This document shows, one piece after another, positions 62,924 to 64,000 of a DNA stretch of 64,000 nt. The first letter of the stretch is position 1; the number at the start of each line of letters is the position of its first letter. Under the pieces are notes generated by a model. That model made no database searches. It was given only the letters and a program-made list of their open reading frames with translations, and was not told the origin of the DNA. The position numbers and the translations under genes were made by a program. The stretch is from Lepidodermella squamata (lineage: Eukaryota; Animalia; Gastrotricha), in assembly GCA_047495785.1 (NCBI GenBank), contig JBLDXI010000024.1, forward strand, positions 1,240,001-1,304,000, written 5' to 3'.

Positions 62924-63190
62924 GAGTGTGCAATGAGGACCAAATTAATATAAAGGGTTCCAGCTTCCAGCGCTAAATTCTCCTAAAATCTGAGTATTTT
63001 TTAGTTTATAGTCTATCCTAGAATCCCAGCTTTTTCTTAATTCAAGTATTAATATGCGAGTTATTCTTCAGCCTGTCAATCCGATATCGATTTCAAATAT
63101 CGATTTTACAAATCAATGATTTTTCCGTTATCGGAAGTCTTTGAAGCCGTTATGAAATTGTTTAGCTGAAGGTACCAGGTTGCTAAAATA
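62924..63190. mobile_element. MULE-related non-autonomous element
   Basis: GGGTTCCAGCTTCCAGCGCTAAATT end motif and internal block shared with 36406-36600. Confidence 0.5.
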
Positions 63191-64000
63191 AAAAATCACT
63201 CGGTCATGCATCGATGAAAAATAAAGGCCCAAATCGCAAGATTAATACAGACGCTTAAATTTTAGTGATCCAAATGTGTGGACCATTTTACTACGTCTCT
63301 TGCAGAAATAATCACAAAAAGTAACTATTTTTCGAGTTTTAGCTGTGTCGGCTGTAATTTCTCTTACATGTGAAGTTGATGTAGGAACAGAAAAGTCAAA
63401 TGATTGCTCTTCCGCCCGGTAAATTCTTATCGATTATAATTTCACGCCTCAAATCGAACGGCGGCGTTTTTTTCAACTCTAGCCTATAAAAGCGGCCAAT
63501 CTTCATCAAGTGCAAGAGGAAATAGCCGCTTTTTCGCCCTCGTTGCTCAAATCGTAAAAATCATCGCTCAGAGCAGCATAGCACATCGGGCGAAAAAAAG
63601 TGGGGCCATTTTTCTTCATAATACACTTACTTATCGCGCGCTTTTTTATGCCCTGTCCAACAAGCAGTCAGTTCCAGGTGGAGAAGTTTTATTTATACCT
63701 AGCAGCTATTCATCTTGAAGGAAAAAAACCGCAAAAAATCGTGCATTTTATGCATAACGATTATTATGATTTTGCGCGATATAGCATCAACAAAATTATC
63801 GCACCAATGTTACAAATCTTGTTATACTTCATAGATTAGCGCAATTTGTGGCAAACATCCTGATGGCATTGCGACTTGGAATTTTCGAGTCATATCGTCG
63901 TTTTATTGAGTGTATTTTCGCGATTTTTTCGGCATGAACTCATTAGGGCTAAGATTTTTTTTCACGCCCAGACGATTGAATTATCTGTTCAAAAGTGCCG

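Overview
Gene-dense, AT-rich animal (invertebrate) genomic DNA. Most introns are about 45-60 nt, so most genes had to be rebuilt by splicing across the supplied ORFs; the taxon cannot be fixed from the sequence alone. Recognisable genes: synapsin; six highly divergent Cys-loop ligand-gated ion channel (LGIC) subunits; two ARM-repeat/TIR proteins, each tail-to-tail with a secreted L-type-lectin-like/EGF gene (a duplicated two-gene cassette); an LRAT-like/P-loop GTPase fusion; a chitin-binding/LamG (Pif-like) protein; and a FLYWCH protein. Unrecognised genes: a multi-copy propeptide precursor (ESGA-KR repeats); eight small secreted proteins sharing a C-x2-C-x10-C-x8-R-x7-C domain, clustered around three of the orphan LGICs; three glycine-zipper membrane microproteins; and a pair of single-TM proteins. 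Mobile DNA: an internally deleted Mutator element and a Foldback-like element (each inside an intron, each with a 9-bp TSD), several MITE families and a probable decayed non-LTR element. Best candidates for an undescribed system: (i) the secreted 4-Cys family, propeptide and orphan LGIC cluster (possible chemical signalling locus) and (ii) the ARM-TIR/lectin-EGF cassette (possible innate immune module). All family assignments come from motif reading by eye; no searches were run.
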